From: an uncultured bacterium
GTDB lineage: Bacteria > Oederibacteriota > JAAXVQ01 > JAUVAV01
Direction: 5' to 3'
Length of the DNA stretch: 64,000 nucleotides
Assembly (NCBI GenBank): GCA_963710755.1
Contig: CAVQBK010000013.1
Span: 64,001-128,000, forward strand
Below are positions 10,366-19,723 of the stretch, piece by piece. Below the pieces are notes generated by a model that was given only the letters and a program-made list of their open reading frames with translations, searched no databases and was not told the origin of the DNA. The position numbers and the translations under genes were made by a program. Positions within the stretch are counted from its first letter, which is position 1, and the number at the start of each line of letters is the position of its first letter.

Positions 10366-11100
10366 ATGGAACTGAGAAAGCGCCACCTCAAACTCAAGCA
10401 GTTGAATTTTTCAGATCCCAGGGACAAAAAATTTTACAATGAGGTCATGTTTACGGACATTGCGCCCACTTATGACCGCCTGACCACCTTTTTATCTTTT
10501 GGCCAGGACCAGACCTGGAAAAATTACCTGCTGGCCAGTTTGCCTACTCTGGATCAGCCTGAGTGTTTGGACTTGGCCTGCGGCACCGGTGATCTGACCT
10601 TTGCGCTAAAAAAGCGCTACCCGCAAGGACACATCATCGGCTTCGATCTCAACGAACGCATGCTGGCCCTGGCCGCCCGACGGGCCGTGGGCCAGGACAT
10701 CACTTTTCTCAAAGGGGATATGAATGCCACCGGCCTGGAAGCGAACCGCTTTGATTTAATTACCGGCAGCTATGCCCTTAGAAATGCACCTGATCTGAAA
10801 AGCACGTTGCAGGAGATCCATCGCCTGCTTAAACCGGGCGGCACGGCCGCATTTCTTGATTTTTCCAGGAACAAAGGTTGGCTACAGAAAATCCAGCTGG
10901 CCTTGCTGACCATTTGGGGTGGCCTGTGGGGCTTGATTCTCCATCGCCATACTGATCCCTATATCTATATTGCCAAGAGTCTCCGTCATTATCCTGACCG
11001 ACAAAGTTTCCATGCGCTTTTACAAACATCGGGCTTCACCATCGGGCTGGCTAAATTGTTTTTCTTTGGCTATGTAGAAGTAACCGTGGTCACCAAATAA
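10366..11100 (+). CDS. UbiE/MenG-family C-methyltransferase
   Basis: MF..IAP.YD.L...LSFG.D..W, LDLACGTGDL, LRN, E..R.LKPGG. Confidence 0.85.
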   Translation: MELRKRHLKLKQLNFSDPRDKKFYNEVMFTDIAPTYDRLTTFLSFGQDQTWKNYLLASLPTLDQPECLDLACGTGDLTFALKKRYPQGHIIGFDLNERMLALAARRAVGQDITFLKGDMNATGLEANRFDLITGSYALRNAPDLKSTLQEIHRLLKPGGTAAFLDFSRNKGWLQKIQLALLTIWGGLWGLILHRHTDPYIYIAKSLRHYPDRQSFHALLQTSGFTIGLAKLFFFGYVEVTVVTK

Positions 11101-11103
11101 CTA

Positions 11104-12279
11104 TTACCGCTCATCCCGATAGCGGGGAATGGTCTGCATGGCGTAGTGGGCTGCCAAACGGCCCGAGCCCCAACGCACAGCAGCTTTAATCAAGGGGGCG
11201 CGCAGACGGGCCACCAGCTTGTTTTTAATACTCCCCCAATAGGTGTTAAACGCCGATTCCCGGATGGCCGCCTTGGCGGCCTTTTGGCCGCAACGTTCAT
11301 AGGTTTTCAATGCCCTTGCCAATAAGCCTTGCCGCGGCTGGGCCTGGGCCAGAAGTCCTGCGCAGGCGGCGGCATCCATCATGCCCACATTCATGCCCAA
11401 CCCGCCGATGGGCGACATGATATGCGCCGCATCGCCGCATAACAGCACCCTCCCTTTTCCGTACTGTCTGGCCAAATAATGCTGCACTCCAAAGGCTGTT
11501 TCCCAAACCTTGTCCGCGCGGCTAAGGCTCACGCCCGTTCGGGCCTGTACCTGCTTTTCCAGATATCCTGGCTCCGCATTTTCCATAAACCAAGGCGTAT
11601 CAATAAGCCACCGCCTCAGCTCCCCGGGCAGGGGAAATGTTTCCACTGGTCCCTGATCAGTAAAATAAAACCGGGCTTTGGAGCCCAGATCGCCATTGTC
11701 TTTGAAATCAGCCATCAGGTAAGTCTGGGGATAGGGTGCGCCTATAAAAGGAATGGCCAGTTGTTGCCGGATAAAACTGTTTTTTCCATCACAGGCGCAT
11801 AAAAATTCCGCATCATAGGCCACTTCTTTGGAATGATCAGGACTCACCGCCTTGAGAACAACGCGCTCGCGATAGTCCACCAGTGCCGTGACCTCCACGC
11901 CTCTTTTCAAAGTCACGCAAGGGTAGTGGTCGAGGTGTTCTTCCAGCAGGGCTTCGCTTTGGCGCTGGGGCAAAGTTAAAATAAAAGGATACGGCCCTTT
12001 AACGCGGTTCAGGGGCACTGTACCCAGACATGCCTGAGATCCGAAAACCTCGGCTTCCTCGACCTTGACCCCGTCCGCAATGAAACGCTGATCCAACTTG
12101 AGCTGAGCCAACAATTCCAGGGTGGGCGGGGTGATGCCAATGGCACGGGAACCAATTTTACGCTGGCGCTGCTTTTCCAACACCACGGTGGTAATCCCGC
12201 GGTGGCCCAATAAATTGGCGAGCGTCAGGCCCACAGCGCCTGCGCCTACGATGATCACTTTTGGTGTCGATTGATCCAT
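11104..12279 (-). CDS. FAD-dependent monooxygenase (aromatic hydroxylase family)
   Basis: VGAGAVG, CDG..S..R, GDAAH..SP.GG.GMN.G..DA. Confidence 0.88.
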   Translation of the reverse strand: MDQSTPKVIIVGAGAVGLTLANLLGHRGITTVVLEKQRQRKIGSRAIGITPPTLELLAQLKLDQRFIADGVKVEEAEVFGSQACLGTVPLNRVKGPYPFILTLPQRQSEALLEEHLDHYPCVTLKRGVEVTALVDYRERVVLKAVSPDHSKEVAYDAEFLCACDGKNSFIRQQLAIPFIGAPYPQTYLMADFKDNGDLGSKARFYFTDQGPVETFPLPGELRRWLIDTPWFMENAEPGYLEKQVQARTGVSLSRADKVWETAFGVQHYLARQYGKGRVLLCGDAAHIMSPIGGLGMNVGMMDAAACAGLLAQAQPRQGLLARALKTYERCGQKAAKAAIRESAFNTYWGSIKNKLVARLRAPLIKAAVRWGSGRLAAHYAMQTIPRYRDER

Positions 12280-12351
12280 GGTCCGGTCCTTGGCAACAAT
12301 GTGGTTCTTTCAGCCCTGGTAATGCTGCGGCTGGCAGCTTAACGGCAGCGT

Positions 12352-13986
12352 TTAAATATCCAGGTCATGATGACCGTGATAAAGCTCATCGCGAAGTTTC
12401 TGAATATCGGGATTTTCCAGGTACTCGTCAAAGCTGCTGACCCGGTCGATAATGCCACCCGGCAGGATTTCGACGATACGGTTGGCCACGGTATTGACAA
12501 ACTGATGGTCATGGGAGGTAAAGAGCACCACCTCGGGGAATTTGATCACCGCGTCATTGAGGGCGGAAATGGATTCCAGATCCAGGTGATTGGTCGGTTC
12601 ATCCAGAATCAGCACATTGCCTTCCATGAGCATCATGCGCGCCAGCATGCAGCGCGCCTTTTCCCCTCCCGAGAGCACACTGATGTCCTTCTGGATCTCA
12701 TCCCCGGAAAAAAGCATGCGCCCCAGAAAACCGCGGATATAATTGTCATCATCACTCTTGGTATATTGGTGGAGCCAGTCAATCACGCTGAGCCGGGATG
12801 TAAAGAAGGCGCTGTTGTCCTTGGGCCCATAGGCCCAGGTAATGGTTTGTCCCCACTTGAACTCACCTTTATCCGGTTTGATCTCGCCGGTAAGGATCTG
12901 AAACAAGATGGTTTTGGCCACATTATGGCTGCCTACAAAAGCAATTTTATCGCCCTTGTTGACCGTCAGGTTAAAGTCCTTGAGCACGTCCACCCCGTCC
13001 AGGGTCTTGCCCAGGCCTTCCAGTTCCAATATCCGGTCACCGCATGACCTTTCCGGTTTGAATTGAATAAAGGGTGTACGCCGCGACGAAGTGGGCATTT
13101 CCTCGGGAGTTAATTTTTCAATTAATTTTTTCCGGGCACTGGCTTGTTTGGATTTGGAAGCATTGGCGCTGAAGCGCTGGACAAAAGCCTTGAGTTCCTC
13201 AATTTTTTCCAGTTGTCTTTTGGTGGCGTCTTTCTTCTGTTGCATGGCCAATTGACTGGCCTCGTACCAAAAATCATAATTCCCCGTGTAAAGTGAGATC
13301 TTATTAAAATCCAGGTCCGCGATGTGGGTGCAAACCTTGTTGAGAAAGTGGCGGTCATGGGAAACCACGACCACCGTATTTTTGAAGTTATATAAAAACC
13401 CTTCCAACCAGGTAATGGTTTTAAGGTCAAGGTGGTTGGTCGGTTCGTCCAGTAACAACACTTCCGGGTTGCCGAACAAGGCCTGGGCCAGGAGCACGCG
13501 GATTTTCTTACCTGCCTCCAGGCTTTTCATGGGCGCCTCCAGCCATTCTTTGGCTACACCCACCCGGTCCAGAAGGGTGGCGGCATCAGCTTCCGCATCA
13601 TAGCCGTTCATCTCCGCAAATTCCCCTTCCAGTTCGCCGGCGCGCATACCTTCTTCATCGCTCATCTGCGGTTTGGCGTACAAGGCATCCCGTTCCTGTA
13701 TAACGGCATAAAGCTTTTGGTGCCCCATGATCACTGTCTGCAAAGGGGTATAGTCGTCAAAGGCAAATTGGTCCTGCCTCAATATGGCCACTCGCTGGCC
13801 TTTGCCCACCACCACCTCACCACTGTCCGGCTCAATCTGGCCGGCCAGGATTTTGAGGAAGGTGGATTTGCCGGAACCATTGGCCCCGATCAGGCCATAA
13901 CAATTGCCATCCGTAAATTGCACGGAAACGCCGCTGAATAATTTCTGGCCGCCAAAGGCCAGGCTTACGGAACTGGTACTGATCAT
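12352..13986 (-). CDS. ABC-F family ATPase (YbiT/YkpA-like)
   Basis: Two ABC domains (GANGSGKST; LLLDEPTNHLD twice), no transmembrane segments. Confidence 0.92.
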   Translation of the reverse strand: MISTSSVSLAFGGQKLFSGVSVQFTDGNCYGLIGANGSGKSTFLKILAGQIEPDSGEVVVGKGQRVAILRQDQFAFDDYTPLQTVIMGHQKLYAVIQERDALYAKPQMSDEEGMRAGELEGEFAEMNGYDAEADAATLLDRVGVAKEWLEAPMKSLEAGKKIRVLLAQALFGNPEVLLLDEPTNHLDLKTITWLEGFLYNFKNTVVVVSHDRHFLNKVCTHIADLDFNKISLYTGNYDFWYEASQLAMQQKKDATKRQLEKIEELKAFVQRFSANASKSKQASARKKLIEKLTPEEMPTSSRRTPFIQFKPERSCGDRILELEGLGKTLDGVDVLKDFNLTVNKGDKIAFVGSHNVAKTILFQILTGEIKPDKGEFKWGQTITWAYGPKDNSAFFTSRLSVIDWLHQYTKSDDDNYIRGFLGRMLFSGDEIQKDISVLSGGEKARCMLARMMLMEGNVLILDEPTNHLDLESISALNDAVIKFPEVVLFTSHDHQFVNTVANRIVEILPGGIIDRVSSFDEYLENPDIQKLRDELYHGHHDLDI

Positions 13987-14082
13987 GGATATCCTGCTTT
14001 CATTTCATTAAAAATGCCCCATGGCAAGTCACGGGAATGCTTATTTCCATTTCGAGGGTGGATCATACCTGGTTTTTGTAGT

Positions 14083-14168
14083 TCGTCATTCCGTTATGTT
14101 CATAAATGGGATCCAGAAGAGCCTTTAAATTTAAGGATTCTGGATGTCGGCTTTCGCTGGCATGACGA
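14083..14168 (+). repeat. Palindromic intergenic element, copy A
   Basis: TCGTCATTCCGTTATGTTC...CTGGATGTCGGCTTTCGCTGGCATGACGA; terminal IR TCGTCAT/ATGACGA; aligns with copies B-D. Confidence 0.75.
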
Positions 14169-14427
14169 TAAAAACCTATTCTGCCACATTTACTTCAGGG
14201 TAAAAATTTCATTAATGCTCCACACTGTACTGGATAAAATTCACTGACCTAATGTTAGAAACATGAGGTAAAACATTACAACGGCGGCATGCAAATGTAA
14301 AGACGAGAATCGTGGGGCAAGAAGATAGAATAAGGGGCCCATGCTCTTTATTTTTCTTCCCGTCGCACCGTCAATAAAAACAGCATTAGTTGTACTAAGA
14401 TGGTCACTTATTAATCAGGAGGACATC

Positions 14428-15234
14428 ATGTCTTTACGCGGACGCACATCATGCTTTTTAATGCTTATCAGTTTGGTGGGTCTGCCCATCGTCGCTCAAA
14501 GTTTGAATTTTCCTGACTGGCAATTTTCTGTAAGCGGTTGGTGGGCCGACGGTTCCAAATTCGATGAGCAACCAGGGCCGGCGGCCAGCGGTCACGTATG
14601 GGGTGATTTTCCCTCTGCTTATGGCCAGCTGCGGGTGGCCAAAAAAGTGTTCGATCGCTTCCAAGTCGCCCTGGCCTGGGATCAGGTGGCGATTCTGCCC
14701 AGTTGGATGTATCTGCATAGCGATACGGTTTACACGGCTTTCGAGGGGAACGGTTATAACCTCTCCGCCAACCTGGCCTACCGTTTGCCGCTATTGGACG
14801 ATCTGGCCCTGGACGTGGAAACCGGCTATAACTATACTTACGCCGTCAAACGTTTCTCCGATTATACGGAAAATGGGGTGATCCTCATGCCCGGTAACTG
14901 GGGGGACTACACCATCAGCTATCAGGGCCCCACCTTTGCCGCTGGTCTGCATTACTGGTTTATCCCGTCACTGGAGTTTTTCGGCAGAATCCAGGGCGCG
15001 CCCATGGTCAGCAACCATACCCGGGTCACAGGCTATGGCCTTCCCCAGGAAGAGGATGCGCAAGGCCTGGCTTACCGCTGGGAAGGCGGGTTTACCTACC
15101 ATCTGCTCAACACGATCAGTTTCAGCCTTGGCTACCGCTTTGAAGACATTTATTTCCATCCACCGGCCGATGACAGTTTTTCTTTGAGCATAGTTTACCG
15201 GGGCCTGATGATCAGCACCAGCTATTATTTCTGA
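14428..15234 (+). CDS. Putative outer-membrane beta-barrel protein
   Basis: AGGAGG RBS before ATG 14428, signal peptide, aromatic amphipathic strands, C-terminal ...SYYF. Confidence 0.7.
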   Translation: MSLRGRTSCFLMLISLVGLPIVAQSLNFPDWQFSVSGWWADGSKFDEQPGPAASGHVWGDFPSAYGQLRVAKKVFDRFQVALAWDQVAILPSWMYLHSDTVYTAFEGNGYNLSANLAYRLPLLDDLALDVETGYNYTYAVKRFSDYTENGVILMPGNWGDYTISYQGPTFAAGLHYWFIPSLEFFGRIQGAPMVSNHTRVTGYGLPQEEDAQGLAYRWEGGFTYHLLNTISFSLGYRFEDIYFHPPADDSFSLSIVYRGLMISTSYYF

Positions 15235-15247
15235 TCAGCAGGCTGAC

Positions 15248-15613
15248 TCAGTGCTGATGGCCTTGCACGCAGGCGTCCTGAATGGTCAATTCGAGCAGGC
15301 TGCTTTCCTTGAACTGGCCGATCATAGCTTCCACGGAGCCGGGATTGGCCTTAAATACTTTGATGCCTGAATTGTTCAGCCGCTGAATTGCCCGCGCGCC
15401 CATACCGCCGCATACCACGGCGTCCACTTCATGGCCTTCCAGTGCACCGGCAGGATGGCACATGCCATGAGCATGGTGCTGATTGCTGTTGGCAATCACC
15501 GTGACCTTCTGGCTTTCCGTGTCCACGATGGTAAAAAAGGGTGCACTGCCGAAATGCGCAAATACCTTTGCCGACAAGCCGTTGTCTGTCATAGTGGGCA
15601 TACATAATTTCAT
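15248..15613 (-). CDS. NifB/NifX-family (FeMo-cofactor-binding-like) protein
   Basis: HFG.AP.F.I.D, HHAHGMCHP, V.CGGMG.RA. Confidence 0.85.
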   Translation of the reverse strand: MKLCMPTMTDNGLSAKVFAHFGSAPFFTIVDTESQKVTVIANSNQHHAHGMCHPAGALEGHEVDAVVCGGMGARAIQRLNNSGIKVFKANPGSVEAMIGQFKESSLLELTIQDACVQGHQH

Positions 15614-15614
15614 G

Positions 15615-15938
15615 TTATTCTTCTCCTTTGGATATGGTTTCTTTTGTTTCTTGAGGCCAGCGGCTGCCTTCGATTTTCAGGGCCTGACCGTCGACCAGCG
15701 CACAAGCAACTTTATGCCGGGCTGAGGCAATAATATTGCCAAACGTTTGCCGCGAAACGTCCATCTGCCGGGCCGCATCTTCCTGATACAACCCTTCCTT
15801 GTCGGCCAGACGAAGCGCTTCCACTTCATCCAGGGTAAGCAGCACCTCCTCCAGACGGTGCATGGGAATCCCACGGGGCTTAAAATAAAGCGCCTGCGGG
15901 CAGACTTCAATACAACGCTTTTTAAACGGACGCGGCAT
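15615..15938 (-). CDS. DUF134 putative DNA-binding protein
   Basis: MPRP.K.R, FKP.G, E.EALRL.D..GL.QE.AA..M.VSR.TF. Confidence 0.9.
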   Translation of the reverse strand: MPRPFKKRCIEVCPQALYFKPRGIPMHRLEEVLLTLDEVEALRLADKEGLYQEDAARQMDVSRQTFGNIIASARHKVACALVDGQALKIEGSRWPQETKETISKGEE

Positions 15939-15954
15939 AAGGCCTCTCTAAGTT

Positions 15955-15970
15955 ATTGGCATATGCCAAT
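15955..15970. promoter_or_regulatory. Perfect 16-bp palindrome, candidate DUF134 operator
   Basis: ATTGGCATATGCCAAT, 16 bp upstream of the DUF134 start. Confidence 0.6.
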
Positions 15971-16070
15971 TATAGAGAATAAGGCCTTTTTGTCAATAGG
16001 ATTTAATATTTTCATTTGACATGAGCTTGTTCTCATGGTGGATAGCGTTTGGTTTAATTAATAGGTCAAC

Positions 16071-16128
16071 GTGGGGAACAGGCCTCCCCTCTCGCTAAAG
16101 TTGCGGAGGACAAGTACCGGTTCCCTAC
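16071..16128 (-). repeat. GTAG-type REP-like hairpin with inner palindrome
   Basis: Minus strand GTAGGGAACCGG...CCTGTTCCCCAC enclosing CCTCCGCAACTTTAGCGAGAGG. Confidence 0.45.
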
Positions 16129-16212
16129 GGATAAGGTTTTTCAGTAATCAAGGGTTGGGCCACAGAAACAGAATAGCCATCATTGAAACGTGGCGGCCTT
16201 TAATAGCGGCCA

Positions 16213-17514
16213 TTAAAAATAAAGCTTAGCGGCCATGAACAGCAAGGTGGGATAAAGACCGAATTCACTGGTTGGTTCCAGATGAGGCAGACCGGTGGAT
16301 GTCACCAATTGGGCCTTGGAACCAAAGGACAGGAACGCACCTGCTTCCCAGGTCACGTTGTCGGCAAAACTGTAGTCCAGCGTAGGGCTCAGAAAAACAG
16401 AGCCATCCTCCAGATTGGCCAGCACTTGCATGGCTCCCGACAACAAAGGTGAAAGTTGCCAGGTGAAGCCCGGGCACAAGTAATGTCTGCCCAGTAAAAA
16501 ATCAGCACCCTTGGTGTAGGCCACGTGAGTAGCCAAGTTGGGATAGTCGGCCGGTTTGAGGCTTCCGGGACTGTTGTAATGATATTCCACGTAACCATAC
16601 CAGGTGCTGGTAAAATTGTAATCAGCACCTACGGAGAGGCGCCAGTAATCCTCCTCAGGGGTACGCTGACCCAGGGCATTGGCAAAGGTATAGGCTGCTT
16701 CCAGCCACGTGCCTGCGCCTCCGATGGAGCGGGCCAGATCCAGGCCTGCCATCACCTGTTCCTGAAAAGCCATGAGCAATACAATCACATCCGTGTCCCA
16801 CCAGTAAAAACGGGGTTTCACAAAAGCAGCACTGTCCTGCCAGCGACCGTCTTTGCCTGCCACCCAGCCGGCGTTGAATTCCCCCATGGCGCTGGTAGGC
16901 AGGCGCACCTGCACGGCATCCACACCCACCCGTTCTTCCTTGTCCAGACTCTGAAATGTGAACGGCGCCAGCACATCGGTGGGATTGATCACATGGGCCG
17001 AGCCAAAAGCCAGGGGCTGGCGGCCAATCAGGATATCACCAAAGGCAGGTGACCAGGTCAGAAGCATGCGATCCAGGTTTTGATTAACCGTGAGATTGTC
17101 GGCAGCCTTGCCTGGCGCCGGGTAAAGACGCTGATCGAGATCAGCCAGGCGATAACTGCTTGAAGTAGGCTGGGCCCAAAATTGGCTGAGACTGGCCGTG
17201 CTGCCTGCTTGCGGAGTAAGTTCGTAAGCCGCAGCCAGGGTCACCTGGCTGCTAAGAGGAAAATCGAATTTCAAGCGCAGGCTGTTGAGCACCAGCGCCT
17301 GGGCCGGCTGGTCTTGACTAGCGGCCAGGCCCGTTATTTCCGGTTGTTGCAGTGCCGTGAAAAAGTTTTTGTAATAACCATGCACAGTCCAGCTGCGCTC
17401 CCCTTGGCTGCTGTCGTCGGCCCGGACCGTCGCAGCGGCGCAGGCCAGGACCAGACCCAGCACGGTAACAATCAGGGGATAATGGCTATTGTTCACGTAC
17501 TTCATCCTTGTCAA
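16213..17514 (-). CDS. Putative outer-membrane porin-like protein of the LolA-like/ABC cassette
   Basis: Signal peptide, LDR..L, IGRQ...FG.....NPTD, C-terminal KLYF. Confidence 0.72.
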   Translation of the reverse strand: MTRMKYVNNSHYPLIVTVLGLVLACAAATVRADDSSQGERSWTVHGYYKNFFTALQQPEITGLAASQDQPAQALVLNSLRLKFDFPLSSQVTLAAAYELTPQAGSTASLSQFWAQPTSSSYRLADLDQRLYPAPGKAADNLTVNQNLDRMLLTWSPAFGDILIGRQPLAFGSAHVINPTDVLAPFTFQSLDKEERVGVDAVQVRLPTSAMGEFNAGWVAGKDGRWQDSAAFVKPRFYWWDTDVIVLLMAFQEQVMAGLDLARSIGGAGTWLEAAYTFANALGQRTPEEDYWRLSVGADYNFTSTWYGYVEYHYNSPGSLKPADYPNLATHVAYTKGADFLLGRHYLCPGFTWQLSPLLSGAMQVLANLEDGSVFLSPTLDYSFADNVTWEAGAFLSFGSKAQLVTSTGLPHLEPTSEFGLYPTLLFMAAKLYF

Positions 17515-18211
17515 TATGACCGTCCTTGAGCACCACCAAACGCTTGGCTCGCTGCATGATCAGATTGTCATGGGTGGAAAATACAAAGGTCATATTCCTT
17601 TTTTCATTGAGCTCGCGCATCATGTCCAGCAGTGCCGAACCAGTGGCGGAATCCAGGTTGGCAGTGGGTTCATCAGCCAGAATGATGTCCGGTTCGGAGA
17701 CCATGGCCCTGGCCACAGCCACCCGTTGCTGCTGCCCGCCCGACAGTTGAGCCGGCCGGCGGTCTTCCATGCCCTGCATGCCCACGTCCTTTAAAATGGA
17801 CGTTACCCGCCGTGCCCGTTCTTCAGCCGGGACGCCCTGCAACAACATGATGTACTCGATATTCTCCCGGGCGGAAAGCACGGGAATGAGATTGTATGAT
17901 TGGAAAATGAACCCGATGTGATCGCGGCGGAAATCGGAGAGTTCGGACCCGCTCATGGACGTGATGTTCTTGCTGTCCAAAAACACATGGCCTGTGGAGG
18001 TGCCGTCCAGGCCGCTGATGATGTTGAGCAACGACGTCTTGCCTGATCCCGACGGTCCGGCGATGGCTGTGAATTCCCCGCGCTTGATGGTTAAGGTCAC
18101 ATCCTGCAAAGCCTTCACCTCAATTTCACCATTGCGGTAGACCTTACTGATGTGCTCCACCCGGATCACATCCTCGGTTTTTTCTGCCTGTGGTGCAACG
18201 CCTGAAGTCAT
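17486..18211 (-). CDS. ABC transporter ATP-binding protein (LolD/MacB-like)
   Basis: [30 protein letters not shown]; AAGGAG RBS before 18211. Confidence 0.92.
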   Translation of the reverse strand: MTSGVAPQAEKTEDVIRVEHISKVYRNGEIEVKALQDVTLTIKRGEFTAIAGPSGSGKTSLLNIISGLDGTSTGHVFLDSKNITSMSGSELSDFRRDHIGFIFQSYNLIPVLSARENIEYIMLLQGVPAEERARRVTSILKDVGMQGMEDRRPAQLSGGQQQRVAVARAMVSEPDIILADEPTANLDSATGSALLDMMRELNEKRNMTFVFSTHDNLIMQRAKRLVVLKDGHIDKDEVREQ

Positions 18212-18296
18212 GGCCAGCTCCTTTGTTGAAATGATCATTGACTGATATTAAAGCAACGCAACTCTTCCCTTTGGAATAATGTCATTAAGTTTTTTG

Positions 18297-18382
18297 TCGT
18301 CATACCGGTGAAGGCCGGTATCCGGAGGTTTTGATTTTTAAATCTTTTCCGAATCCCCTTTAAGAGCACAACGGGATGACGA
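18297..18382 (-). repeat. Palindromic intergenic element, copy B
   Basis: Reverse complement TCGTCATCCCGTTGTGCTC...CCGGATACCGGCCTTCACCGGTATGACGA aligns end to end with copy A. Confidence 0.75.
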
Positions 18383-18431
18383 TCTATGAAATCCAATAGC
18401 AGCAGAAGCACGCAGACTAAAACCCCAATAG

Positions 18432-19658
18432 TTACAAACTCTTTTTCATGGCCTTGGCCGGGGTCAGCCGGGCGGCATAGATAGCCGGATAAAGCCCCAC
18501 CAGCGCTGTGAACACAAACAACCAGATAGGATAAACCACATACTGGTAGCTGCGCATTACCGGATAGAGCAGGCTCTTAATGGTCACGCCCGTAAATTCC
18601 AGGCCGCGGTAATCAATGCCCACCACCTGATAGTAGCGGGTCAATCCATAACCCAGCACAATGCCGATAATGATGCTGATCACGGCCAAGCTGCACGCTT
18701 CCAAAAGAATCATCAGGGCCATGCGCCCCGGCCGGGTGCCAATGGCCCGCATCACCCCGAATTCAAACATCCGCTCATAGAGGGACATAAACAGGGTGTT
18801 CATGATGCCAAAGGACACCACCCCAAAGAGGATCAGCGCTGTGATGAACATGGCAAACGAAGACATGTCGGCAAAAGCCTTCAGATCAGGAAACAACTGG
18901 CCCCAGCCCATGGCTTCGTTGCCATCCTGGGAATAGTGCTTCCAAAAAGGCAGGTTCTTGTCGGACGCCAATTTCAAATTGGTAAAATCAAGAGCAATCT
19001 CATGAAAATGATCGTCCAGCATCAGCAATTGCTGGGCCTTGGTCAGATTGATAAAAGCCACGCTGCTATCCAAATCACGCTGGGAAAATTTGAATATACC
19101 GCCGACGCGGAACATTTCCTGGGAAAGTTCACCGGTATGCGCCTGAGCCACGGTGATCACTACCCTGTCGTCCAAGCTCAGGCTTAGGTTTTTGGCCAGT
19201 TGCTCACCCACCAGAATCTGGTTGGGATGATCAGAGCTTAAATAAGACCCAGATTGAATGACCTCTTTCAGATTGGAGACCGTGGCTTCCTTGGCCGGGT
19301 CCACGCCGTAGAGCAAAATGGAGCTTACATCCGCCGGCGAAGTGAGCATGCCGTAGCTGAGGACGCGGGGCGCAAAGCTTTTAACAATAGGTTCTTTGGC
19401 CAGCGAGGTGAGGATGTCCTGGCCATGACTGACCGTCAGCTCCACATCCATGGACTTGCGGAAGCCCTCATGGTGAATCTGGGCTTCCCCGGGCAAAGTA
19501 GCAGTGGCGGTCTGCACCATGCCATTGATCATGCCCTGCATATAGCCGTCACCGAAAATCAAGGCCGCCAGGCCCACGCCAATGGCCAGACCTGAAAGCA
19601 GCGTGCGGCGCGTATTGCGAAAGAGATTTCGCCAAGCCAATTTAAGCAGCAGCCACAT
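18432..19658 (-). CDS. FtsX/LolE-type ABC permease
   Basis: LAWRNL.RN.RR, large periplasmic domain, NT..MS..ER..EFG...AIG. Confidence 0.9.
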   Translation of the reverse strand: MWLLLKLAWRNLFRNTRRTLLSGLAIGVGLAALIFGDGYMQGMINGMVQTATATLPGEAQIHHEGFRKSMDVELTVSHGQDILTSLAKEPIVKSFAPRVLSYGMLTSPADVSSILLYGVDPAKEATVSNLKEVIQSGSYLSSDHPNQILVGEQLAKNLSLSLDDRVVITVAQAHTGELSQEMFRVGGIFKFSQRDLDSSVAFINLTKAQQLLMLDDHFHEIALDFTNLKLASDKNLPFWKHYSQDGNEAMGWGQLFPDLKAFADMSSFAMFITALILFGVVSFGIMNTLFMSLYERMFEFGVMRAIGTRPGRMALMILLEACSLAVISIIIGIVLGYGLTRYYQVVGIDYRGLEFTGVTIKSLLYPVMRSYQYVVYPIWLFVFTALVGLYPAIYAARLTPAKAMKKSL

Positions 19659-19723
19659 AAGAACGCTCCTTCATACGATGCTCTTCCGCCTTCCTATGAT
19701 TAAGCCCTTTAGGAACAGGAAGG

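Noticed and set aside
10273-10386. N-terminal extension of the PKS ORF
   Set aside because: Overlaps the divergent UbiE-like gene and promoter space; PKS-like sequence starts at 10272
15248-15613. Nitrogen fixation inferred from the NifB/NifX domain
   Set aside because: No nifHDK nearby; this family is common with DUF134 in non-diazotrophs
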